Shown here piece after piece: positions 1 through 8,252 of a DNA stretch of 64,000 nucleotides. The DNA lies in IMG/VR virus record IMGVR_UViG_3300031963_000004, positions 124,001 through 188,000 of that record; one strand, 5' to 3'. The notes beneath the pieces are model-generated. The model did not search any database, was not told the DNA's origin, and was given only the letters and a program-made list of their open reading frames with translations. Position 1 is the stretch's first letter. Every line of letters starts with the position of its first letter. The position numbers and the translations under genes are program-made.

Positions 1-1173
1 TGCAAAATGAGGTCCTATATCTGTTGAATACTTTTTATCGTATTCTCCGATATAACCATTGATTCTTTCAATGATAGAATCTTTAAACTCATCTGGTAAA
101 ATATGAACGTGATAATAACTAGGTTGTTCAAGTAGATTAATGAAGAAGTTTTTATACCAAAGCTTTTCTTTAATAACACCCAACTCTAGCAATTTATCAA
201 TTATCTCAGGTAGTCTGAATACGTTCATAGCACCAATAGTTAATCCAGGTCTGACTATAAGATTATCCAATTTAGTCATTGCTATAAGATTTTCTTCTAC
301 TTTAGGCCATATAGTACCGCTGCGAATTAACTCTGCTCTTGCACCTATCTCATCAATACTAGGCCAAATTTCTAACTTACCGTAATCCCATTGACTCCAG
401 TAATCTAACACATTCTTTTTACCATATTCTAATACTGAACAGTTTGTATTATATGAAAGCTTAACGTCGAAACGTTTACCTTCAACTAACATATCAAGTA
501 TCTGCCAATGCTCAGGCATTAACAATGGTTCACCACCTGCAAAGTAAATCTTCTCTACATGTTGAACCTGATCCTGTAAGAAATCATAGTTAGTTTGTTG
601 ACCGACTGCATCAATATTCCAAACTTTTTCCTGATCAGTGTAGCCTAATTTCTTTGCATCAGGTACCCATGCTGAACTATATCTTGGCCCACAGCTACGA
701 CATTTAAAATTACACAGATTACTAAATCTAAAGTCCCAATACTTTAATTTCATTTCATTACAAGTACCATCTTTTTCTGTAATGACTGGAATCTTTTTTA
801 ATACTGATTTGAATTCACGGTTGTGATATATTCTACCACTTTCACCTGTAACTTTTTCTTTGTCGTAACACTTTCTACATATCTCAGGCTCCTCGTTGTT
901 CATCATCTGTACACGGAGATTTTTCATATTGTCGCTGTTCCAAATCTGATCAATTGTTTGATGAGTTAGGTCGCCAGCAAAATAATTATATGTAGAAGTT
1001 AAGCAGCAAGGAACTACTTTACCGTTTGGTTCAAAGTTTAAGTGCATCCACGGGACTGCACATATTTTATTGTCTGTCTCTTTCATTAGCTTTCTGTATC
1101 TCCGTTTAGCATATTTGTACAACTGTGTGTTTAATAAAAATCTTTTAATCTTAACTTTAAGTGGAACTGACAT
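1..1173 (-). CDS. Radical SAM protein with N-terminal Twitch/SPASM-like Fe-S domain (partial, runs off left edge; not in ORF track)
   Basis: Manual translation gives ...KICAVPWMHLNFEPNGKVVPCC...IWNSDNMKNLR...CRKCY...WDFRFSNLCNFKCRSCGPRYSSAW...IYFAGGEPLL, with the CxxxCxxC and GGEP motifs. ATG at 1173 overlaps the upstream stop (TAATG); an alternative in-frame start is at 1086. Confidence 0.9.
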   Translation of the reverse strand, partial: MSVPLKVKIKRFLLNTQLYKYAKRRYRKLMKETDNKICAVPWMHLNFEPNGKVVPCCLTSTYNYFAGDLTHQTIDQIWNSDNMKNLRVQMMNNEEPEICRKCYDKEKVTGESGRIYHNREFKSVLKKIPVITEKDGTCNEMKLKYWDFRFSNLCNFKCRSCGPRYSSAWVPDAKKLGYTDQEKVWNIDAVGQQTNYDFLQDQVQHVEKIYFAGGEPLLMPEHWQILDMLVEGKRFDVKLSYNTNCSVLEYGKKNVLDYWSQWDYGKLEIWPSIDEIGARAELIRSGTIWPKVEENLIAMTKLDNLIVRPGLTIGAMNVFRLPEIIDKLLELGVIKEKLWYKNFFINLLEQPSYYHVHILPDEFKDSIIERINGYIGEYDKKYSTDIGPHFA

Positions 1174-2105
1174 TACCAGCCTTCAATTTTCCGTATAATG
1201 TCCATTTCTCTGACTAAGGGACCTAAATTATATTTATCGGCATTATAGTGTCGTTTGAAGAACTTCGATTGTTCTGCACTTAACGCACACATAGGTAACC
1301 CTAACTTGTCAGACAATAACTCGGCTAATTGTTTAGGTTCATTATGTTCAAATGTGTCCCATAACTTTACTAGTTCATCAAAATCTTGAACTTTGTTATA
1401 GTCCCACTCAGTTAGCATAGTCAAATATGTTCCTAATCTTGCACCATAGATAGCCCATTCACCGTTCTCAACATCCATACCCACATTCTGCCATATAGTA
1501 AGATTATTAAGATTTCTACTCGCTACACTTTCTTTAAATGAACTAATACTTGGTTTATTGCCCACTACTAGGCACATCTTTACACCTTCTCTAAATCCTG
1601 CACGCCAAGCTTGAAATGGTGTATAGTTAGGATACGTGGTTGAATAACAATCATACATGCTCCAGTATATATTGTCACTACTATCTAAACAAAAATCAAC
1701 CGTCGTCGCCGCACCGCCGTCACTATTTTCGTGTGTTCGCATATTCATGACGTAAGTTTTAGTCCAACTACTCATGCCACCATTACCGTAACGTAAACCG
1801 TTAACAGCATTAATTGCTCTCCAACGATATTGTGCGATTTGATAGGTAGGGTGTTTATCAGTGAAATCTAAATCTAAATCAAAGAATGACGGATCAGGCA
1901 TATTGTCACCGTCGATTAATATAAATCTTTCTGTGTCGCTTGCCTCTGCTGCTGCTTTGTGTGCGGCATCACTTCCCTTAACTCCATCTACTCTTTTAGC
2001 CCACGGAACCATGTTTTGAATTTTAACCCAAAATTCTTCTTTTTGTGGTTCATCATAACTAAGGTATATACAATCTAAATCTCTTACGCTTACAATCTCA
2101 GACAT
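1173..2105 (-). CDS. Putative GT-A fold glycosyltransferase
   Basis: Motifs YLSYDEP, GVKGSDAAHKAAA, FILIDGDN (DxD) and AWRAGFREGVKM; lies in a cluster of GT-like genes. Confidence 0.6.
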   Translation of the reverse strand: MSEIVSVRDLDCIYLSYDEPQKEEFWVKIQNMVPWAKRVDGVKGSDAAHKAAAEASDTERFILIDGDNMPDPSFFDLDLDFTDKHPTYQIAQYRWRAINAVNGLRYGNGGMSSWTKTYVMNMRTHENSDGGAATTVDFCLDSSDNIYWSMYDCYSTTYPNYTPFQAWRAGFREGVKMCLVVGNKPSISSFKESVASRNLNNLTIWQNVGMDVENGEWAIYGARLGTYLTMLTEWDYNKVQDFDELVKLWDTFEHNEPKQLAELLSDKLGLPMCALSAEQSKFFKRHYNADKYNLGPLVREMDIIRKIEGW

Positions 2106-2400
2106 TTTTTACGTTCCAAAAATAAGTTTCACCTGTGTAGTTTTCATTAGCTATAATAGTAATATCTTCTACAGGACATTTAGTGCCAGTTGTATCTTTT
2201 GCTAGTTTAAAAATTGTGCTAGTATACTTAATTGGTTCTATTTTACCATCTACAACCTGAACATCAAATCTACCCTCAGCATATGTCATGGCATCTATGA
2301 CCAAATAATCGCCCTCATGCATGTCGCAAGAATAGAACAACACTTTACCAAAAGTGTCATAATATAACTTAAATTCAGGTTCGTTCATAGGCTTGTTCAA
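2098..2400 (-). CDS. Hypothetical protein
   Basis: 100-aa ORF overlapping both neighbours in the operon. Confidence 0.7.
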   Translation of the reverse strand: MNKPMNEPEFKLYYDTFGKVLFYSCDMHEGDYLVIDAMTYAEGRFDVQVVDGKIEPIKYTSTIFKLAKDTTGTKCPVEDITIIANENYTGETYFWNVKNV

Positions 2401-3178
2401 GTTTATCAGAAAATTCTTTGTTATGATAGTGAAATGGATACTTTTGATAAATTGTATTAATTCTTAAACATTCTGGTAGAATTTCATAAACTAATTCGTC
2501 AGTCCAATCTTCTGTTAATAATCCATTAATATCTTTTTTCATATGAACCATTGACATATCTGTAAAGAAAGGCATCGTAGTGTTTTCTACTCCTAGTATA
2601 TGACAAGCTATTGCATATACCCAATCTGTTGTAGCCCTTTCTTTCATATCACATTTAAGTATTGTTTTATATTCTTCCCAGTTATTAAAAATTTCTTTAA
2701 TTAATTCAAAGAATTGTTTAGCGAACTCTGATTTTTTAAAGTATGTTATAGCATTGTAAGTATCAGGTAATTTGTTATCGTATATAAACTTTCTATAAGA
2801 CTTTACCTCACTAATATCACCGGTAAAATCTCGTATGTGAGTAGAAACTACGACATCCTTATGTTTCAATATATCCCACCAATAATCAATTGATCTTGTT
2901 AAACACATATCAGCTTCAAGCTTAATTGTGTAATCGTATGGGCTAGCTTCATAAACTTGCCAATCATTGATTAGTTTCCAAAAACTATTTGGTGCTAAAT
3001 CACCATAAGGTAGTGGAATTATATTATCAAAAATACTGTCTGTGCAGTCATTACTGGTAATCAAACTAACACTTGCATTTGGCATAAAGTTTTTAATACT
3101 CTTTGCTAAAACTCTAGCACATTTTATATAATCTACATTAGCTGTATTTTGGGCGAGTATAACGTAACCACACTTCAT
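2375..3178 (-). CDS. Putative glycosyltransferase (GT8-like GT-A fold)
   Basis: GYVILAQN...A..LAKSIK N-terminus, SPYDYTIKLEADM (DxD variant) and TTDWVYAIA; paralogous to 3175..3975. Confidence 0.65.
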   Translation of the reverse strand: MKCGYVILAQNTANVDYIKCARVLAKSIKNFMPNASVSLITSNDCTDSIFDNIIPLPYGDLAPNSFWKLINDWQVYEASPYDYTIKLEADMCLTRSIDYWWDILKHKDVVVSTHIRDFTGDISEVKSYRKFIYDNKLPDTYNAITYFKKSEFAKQFFELIKEIFNNWEEYKTILKCDMKERATTDWVYAIACHILGVENTTMPFFTDMSMVHMKKDINGLLTEDWTDELVYEILPECLRINTIYQKYPFHYHNKEFSDKLEQAYERT

Positions 3179-3975
3179 ACAACCTCCAAAAAGTTTTTCT
3201 TACTAAGCATATGAAGGTCTGTATCTTTTACCTCTAGATATGTAGTTTTTTCTGGTTCAAAAGGATCAGACATTGTTTTTAAAACCGACACGAATTCTGT
3301 GTTAAATTGCTTATCCGATTTACTAAAAAGTTGTAATTCATTTGACACATGTAGTAAGTCCCATGGAATAAAATTAGATTTATCTCGAATATGACCATTT
3401 AAAGTTCTTGCTGCAATAGTCAATGCATAATCATTTCTATATTGTGTAGAAAAACAATTGTGTAGAGTCACATAATGCGTGTAATTATCTTGCACCATTT
3501 TAATAAAATCAAATAAAAGGTTACTTCTATGTGTCTTTTTAAATACAATTACCGTTGCCCAATAAGTTAAGAATGTGTTAGTTCCTATTAAATCGGAACC
3601 AGCTTCTTTAAACATTAAATATTTGGCATTTTGATGGAAACAAAAATCTTCACAATAATCAAACGCTGATAATAACTTATCCGAGTTTACTAAATAATCC
3701 GTATCTAATAACAATGTTTCATCATATGGACTAAACTGATAGGCTTGATATCTTCCTTTGTTAATCCAAATTTTCTCATCTCTAAAATTACTTAAGTCGC
3801 CGGCTACGTTAATTACTTTATCAAACTGATAATTGTTGTTTGGTGTTGTTTTATCCGTAACTATAGTGACAGGTAAATTTAAAAAATGATTAATTCTTTT
3901 AGCAGTTTTGACTGCCATTGTGTAATAATCAATAGCATCATTGTTAAAAGCAAAGAGTAATGCACCGCGCTTCAT
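3175..3975 (-). CDS. Putative glycosyltransferase (GT8-like GT-A fold)
   Basis: GALLFAFNN, SPYDETLLLDTDY (DxD), YRNDYALTIA and C-terminal HMLSK. Confidence 0.7.
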   Translation of the reverse strand: MKRGALLFAFNNDAIDYYTMAVKTAKRINHFLNLPVTIVTDKTTPNNNYQFDKVINVAGDLSNFRDEKIWINKGRYQAYQFSPYDETLLLDTDYLVNSDKLLSAFDYCEDFCFHQNAKYLMFKEAGSDLIGTNTFLTYWATVIVFKKTHRSNLLFDFIKMVQDNYTHYVTLHNCFSTQYRNDYALTIAARTLNGHIRDKSNFIPWDLLHVSNELQLFSKSDKQFNTEFVSVLKTMSDPFEPEKTTYLEVKDTDLHMLSKKNFLEVV

Positions 3976-4277
3976 CTTTGCTTTCTTAATTTAGACCATT
4001 CTTCATGCCACTCAGTCATAACATCATTGTATGTTTGATGAGCCTTTATACTAAGTAATTCTGTTTCTACTTTAATTGGATTTTCATGTAAGTCTAAAAT
4101 GACTATTTCATCAGTAGTAACAGAGCCAAGAAAACTTAAAAATTCTGGTGTGGCTTTCCACAAACCACCTTGGTCTGCAAAAATTAATTTGCTCTGATAT
4201 TTGTCTTTGAGATAGTCTTTTGCTGCGTTGTGATTAAATTTGGCTTTTGCTTCTTTTAAGAATGAATTGGTGTCCAT
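3972..4277 (-). CDS. Hypothetical protein (~101 aa; start reassigned to ATG 4277)
   Basis: AGGAG RBS and a TATAAATA late promoter lie just upstream of ATG 4277 (MDTNSFLKE...); ATGA overlap with the next gene. Confidence 0.7.
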   Translation of the reverse strand: MDTNSFLKEAKAKFNHNAAKDYLKDKYQSKLIFADQGGLWKATPEFLSFLGSVTTDEIVILDLHENPIKVETELLSIKAHQTYNDVMTEWHEEWSKLRKQR

Positions 4278-4293
4278 TATATACTCCTGAGAG

Positions 4294-4301
4294 TATTTAT
4301 A
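4294..4301 (-). promoter_or_regulatory. T4-type late promoter TATAAATA
   Basis: Exact T4 gp55 late consensus upstream of the GT/radical SAM gene cluster. Confidence 0.7.
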
Positions 4302-4325
4302 ATGAACACCTTTTACCAAATTTTA

Positions 4326-6215
4326 TTAAGTGATGATTGTATCTGTGTTGGTATTTGGGAACGCTCTGTTGATGCCAGAACTACCTGACCAGATGAGTCT
4401 AACAGCTCCATGTCCACCATTACATCCTGGAGTTGTCTTAGCATCATTACTTTGTCCACCGCCACCTCCGCCTGGGAAGCCGCCTGTGTTACTTGCACCA
4501 CCTACTGTGAACAATGGGGAACCGTTGCTGCCATTACTTCCACCTTGACCTGATAAACTTCCTGAATTACCTGAACCTAATAATCCTGTACCGCCACCTG
4601 ATCCTGAAGATCCAGCTGATCCATTTGATCTATCGTGCGCACCACCTGCTGATCCGCCACCTAAACCGCCTGTAAATGATCCACTGTTTTGACTTCCGCC
4701 GCGGCCACCGGTGCCAGAATATCCACCTGCACCACCACCGCCACCAGGATAATCGCTATTACTTGAGCCACCATCACCACCGCGGCCACCGCCGTCACCT
4801 GCAAATGAACCACCAATCCCGCCTGCGTAACTTGTATTTGTGTTACTTGCTGTGCCTATACCCGCGGTTCCACCGAAGCCTGCAACAGTGCTTGAGTTAA
4901 TAAAATAACTGTCACCACCATTAGTACCTTGTCCACCTGCTGCTGCACTAACACCAACACCACCTGCACCAACTACAACAGTGTAGTTATTTCCTGGTAC
5001 TATAGGTATATTATTCTTCCAGCCGAGACCGCCACCGCCGCCACCGCCACCTGCCCAATAAGCTGCGCCGCCAGCGCCACCGCCGCCAACTGCGACAGCA
5101 TGTACACTTGTAACACCAATTGGTGCTCTCCATGTATAGACACCCGGATTAGTAAATAATGCTTCACCTGCACCGCCTGGCAATGTTGTTACTGTGCTTC
5201 CAGTAGTGTATCCTTGATAGTTAGGACTGTTAACTGCCAATACGTTACCTATAATTAATGGATTGCCCCATGTATTTGCGATATACGCGGTACTTGGTGG
5301 CCTTAATGATACTGTCACTGCGCTACCGCTACTTACCATTGATCTGCCGTAACTCAAATAATGTCCATCAGGTACTTGATCAAATTTCGTAACAATGGTG
5401 ATTACATTACCTACGTCACCATTACTACCTCTTGTGCCATTTGTTTTTACGTTTACGCTTATAAAACTCTGTAGATATTTGTAATTACCTTGCGCTGCCT
5501 TTTGCTTAAACACTTCACGATATGTTGTATTAAGATTATAATACCCCATTGATGCAGTTAGTGTAGTAGGTGCGCCAGAGCCGCCTATTCTCGTTACGCC
5601 TGAATAGTCTACACCTGCTATTTTTGTAGTACCGCTAACTGGACTACTGATTACTACAGTTCCACAATCTCTGGTTAAGTTATTCCATAATGTATTGATA
5701 CCAGTACCACTCGGGTGTGTGAAGTTGATAGCGATTTGTCCGCCTGCATTAAAGAAATGTCTTGCAGCGTCTCCGGAATCGAAGGTGATTGTATGACTAA
5801 AGAATACGTGATTATTCCATTGTTCTTGTTTTACTACGGTAGCTGAGATTGTTGCTCCCTGAGCAGCGCAATTATTTCTATTATTATAGATTGAGGTTAA
5901 TGCAGTTTCAAACGCTGAAGTAACGCTATCGTTATCTTCCGCTTCAATAATTTCAGATTCATTTATAGAGATAGTAGGAACAATAGTATTTTGATGCCTA
6001 GAAACACTATTAATGCCAGATATCAAATTATTCCAATTACCCCAAGATACAACTGCGTCTGTAGCTACTAGTGGAAGGGGTATCTGACCATATCCTGATC
6101 TTCCACTTCCCATACCATATACGGTATTGAATCTATTCGGGGCTGCACTGGGATCAGTGCCTACGTAATTATTATAGTCACTTGCTTGTATTAATCCGCC
6201 CGCAATGTAAGCCAT
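4326..6215 (-). CDS. Tail fibre / virion protein with C-terminal glycine-rich domain
   Basis: N-terminal MAY..G.LI.A.DYN and ARHFFNAGG motifs; C-terminal Gly-rich domain (VGGGGAGG...GGHGAVRLIW). Confidence 0.7.
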   Translation of the reverse strand: MAYIAGGLIQASDYNNYVGTDPSAAPNRFNTVYGMGSGRSGYGQIPLPLVATDAVVSWGNWNNLISGINSVSRHQNTIVPTISINESEIIEAEDNDSVTSAFETALTSIYNNRNNCAAQGATISATVVKQEQWNNHVFFSHTITFDSGDAARHFFNAGGQIAINFTHPSGTGINTLWNNLTRDCGTVVISSPVSGTTKIAGVDYSGVTRIGGSGAPTTLTASMGYYNLNTTYREVFKQKAAQGNYKYLQSFISVNVKTNGTRGSNGDVGNVITIVTKFDQVPDGHYLSYGRSMVSSGSAVTVSLRPPSTAYIANTWGNPLIIGNVLAVNSPNYQGYTTGSTVTTLPGGAGEALFTNPGVYTWRAPIGVTSVHAVAVGGGGAGGAAYWAGGGGGGGGLGWKNNIPIVPGNNYTVVVGAGGVGVSAAAGGQGTNGGDSYFINSSTVAGFGGTAGIGTASNTNTSYAGGIGGSFAGDGGGRGGDGGSSNSDYPGGGGGAGGYSGTGGRGGSQNSGSFTGGLGGGSAGGAHDRSNGSAGSSGSGGGTGLLGSGNSGSLSGQGGSNGSNGSPLFTVGGASNTGGFPGGGGGGQSNDAKTTPGCNGGHGAVRLIWSGSSGINRAFPNTNTDTIIT

Positions 6216-6226
6216 TTTACAATTCC

Positions 6227-7441
6227 TTATTTAATTACAACAATGGCTTCAACCGTGCCTGAACCATTCGTAGTTTTGTTAGCAAGACTTCTTCCAATAG
6301 TATTGAATGCGTTTGCTTCGCCTGGTTTAGCTGCTCTTGCATAACCCTTGCCTGCACTTACTAAACGATCACCTTTTTTAACTTTACCATTAACTTTAAC
6401 TTGAACTCTACCGCTAATAGCTACAGGAGGATGAGTATTATCTTCACCTGCACCAGTATTCATCAAGTAAGCGGCAGTGTTACTTACAACTCCGAACACG
6501 CTCTCACTTAACTCATCTCTAACAGCAGTAATTTCTTTTTCACCACCCAACTCAACAACTGTACCTGCATCATATAAGTCGTCTGCTTCAAATCTTTCTG
6601 CTAAGTCAGCATATGTTGCCTGTAATCTTGCGCCGGCTGCTAGTGTCCATATACCTGCGATAACACCGCCGCCGTCTAATCTTGTTGTAGTAACTCTTGT
6701 TGGAGCAATGTTTCCTGTAAATCTTGAAACACCATTAGCGCCAGTTAAGAAAGCAGATACGTTACTGTTAGTGTATGTACCAGCTGGATTAAATGTGACA
6801 CCGTTTGCATACATGTAGTTGTCGCACTTGATACCGTTAACACTGTTGGCTGAGAAAGCTAAGTTACCTGAGTTAACTACTACTGCGTTACCATTTGTTT
6901 GACCATATACTGTCCAAATACCAGTTAGTGTGCCTGAAGTTGTGTTATTTCCTGATGTAATTTGTTGAGTGACTACATTAGCTAAAGTAGCTGTTTGTAT
7001 TGTGCCACGCAATGCGTATAAATCACCAGTTACATTGGCATTCAAAGTAGTAATTGTGTTTCCTACTTGTAAATCAGTTAATGCTTGAATATTATTTGCT
7101 ACTAAATTGCCTGTAACTGCAACGTTTCCAAATGTAGTTGTTCCAGATTCGCCTGTAGCAGCGAGTTCTAACCAGGAATTAGCGGTTACTGTGTTGTCTG
7201 CTGGGCAAACATTTAACGTGCCTCTAGTGGTGTTAAACCAAAGTTGGCCTCTTAGTGGATTAGCAGGTGGACTAGCACTCGCAAAATTCTCTAGTATACG
7301 AACAAAGTTAGTATCAATTGTCTGTCCATATCCTGCGTAACTACGTCCGGGAAGTCCTAAAGACGTACTTGTAGTGTTGATAGTACCGTCCTGAATAGTA
7401 GTTAACGTACTTCCATCACTTCTAATAATCGTATAAGCCAT
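6227..7441 (-). CDS. Tail fibre protein with C-terminal intramolecular chaperone/autocleavage-like domain
   Basis: N-terminal LENFA...P..GQLWFN baseplate-attachment motif; C-terminal ATYADLAERF...GTVV..GG..EIT...GVVS...GRV.VKV.G.V.KGD.LVS. Confidence 0.75.
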   Translation of the reverse strand: MAYTIIRSDGSTLTTIQDGTINTTSTSLGLPGRSYAGYGQTIDTNFVRILENFASASPPANPLRGQLWFNTTRGTLNVCPADNTVTANSWLELAATGESGTTTFGNVAVTGNLVANNIQALTDLQVGNTITTLNANVTGDLYALRGTIQTATLANVVTQQITSGNNTTSGTLTGIWTVYGQTNGNAVVVNSGNLAFSANSVNGIKCDNYMYANGVTFNPAGTYTNSNVSAFLTGANGVSRFTGNIAPTRVTTTRLDGGGVIAGIWTLAAGARLQATYADLAERFEADDLYDAGTVVELGGEKEITAVRDELSESVFGVVSNTAAYLMNTGAGEDNTHPPVAISGRVQVKVNGKVKKGDRLVSAGKGYARAAKPGEANAFNTIGRSLANKTTNGSGTVEAIVVIK

Positions 7442-7463
7442 TGTTTTACTCCGCTATTTTGTA

Positions 7464-7471
7464 TATTTATC
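7464..7471 (-). promoter_or_regulatory. Late promoter (GATAAATA)
   Basis: Recurrent intergenic xxTAAATA motif upstream of structural genes. Confidence 0.55.
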
Positions 7472-8089
7472 TTAAATTGTCACTACATTGGTCAAGCTTT
7501 GGATTCTGACCGTGTAATCAATCTGTATTTGTCTGTTTAAGCTTTTCTGCACAGGGTGAAAAACCACGTGCGTAAGCAGTCTTGTTTGCTCATTTCCTGC
7601 TACATCAGTCCCGTATCCAGCTAAAATGCCCATCTCATCAAAGGTATATAAACTATCCACTTGAGTTCCGTTGTCAAACGCTGTCTGCCCAGCTGGTTCA
7701 CCGAAATCTAATAAGCATTGTATTAGAATGTCTGTGTAGACCTTACCTGGGCTATGAGAAACTAGCATTTTGTTTCTAGCAGGATCTACGTTAAGTATGC
7801 TGGTGTCGTCTACAATTTTGCTATATGTCTGATTGTATAGGCTAGCATTTTGTCCTACTGTATTTGGTGGCAAATATGTGATTATTCCAGTGTCATCGAC
7901 ACTAGAACCACCGTTTCCAAAAGCCATTCTGTACATTGAGCCATACCCTCTATTACTTAATGTGTCGGCTATCGCTTCAGATATGTTTTCGTAGTGTATA
8001 GCATTCTTCTTGTCAACTAACACCTCTCCTGTGTTGGGGTCGGAAATTTTAATAAATCCCTCAATTTTTAGTGTATGTATTAATGACAT
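7472..8089 (-). CDS. Baseplate/virion structural protein
   Basis: FGNGG, FDEMG and LLTHVVFHPVQKSLNR.IQIDYTVRI motifs; lies between the giant wedge gene and the fibre genes. Confidence 0.65.
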   Translation of the reverse strand: MSLIHTLKIEGFIKISDPNTGEVLVDKKNAIHYENISEAIADTLSNRGYGSMYRMAFGNGGSSVDDTGIITYLPPNTVGQNASLYNQTYSKIVDDTSILNVDPARNKMLVSHSPGKVYTDILIQCLLDFGEPAGQTAFDNGTQVDSLYTFDEMGILAGYGTDVAGNEQTRLLTHVVFHPVQKSLNRQIQIDYTVRIQSLTNVVTI

Positions 8090-8235
8090 TAATCGTCACC
8101 CCTTTGCTGTACCAAGACTTCTTTAGTGTTAGGATCAAAGATTTTGAAAGCTGAACTGAAGTAAAACCCGGATGTTTCGTTGGGCCTGTCTTCTTTTTGT
8201 TGGGTTTGGTTCAAATCTTTAGTATTTTCGTTCAT
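8089..8235 (-). CDS. Small 48-aa protein (not in ORF track), similar to the N-terminus of the downstream gene
   Basis: MNENTKDLNQTQQKEDRPNETSGFYFSSAFKIFDPNTKEVLVQQRGDD; TAATG coupling to 7472..8089; late promoter at 8243-8250. Confidence 0.7.
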   Translation of the reverse strand: MNENTKDLNQTQQKEDRPNETSGFYFSSAFKIFDPNTKEVLVQQRGDD

Positions 8236-8242
8236 AATAATT

Positions 8243-8250
8243 TATTTATC
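8243..8250 (-). promoter_or_regulatory. Late promoter (GATAAATA)
   Basis: Recurrent motif, 7 nt upstream of ATG 8235. Confidence 0.5.
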
Positions 8251-8252
8251 AT

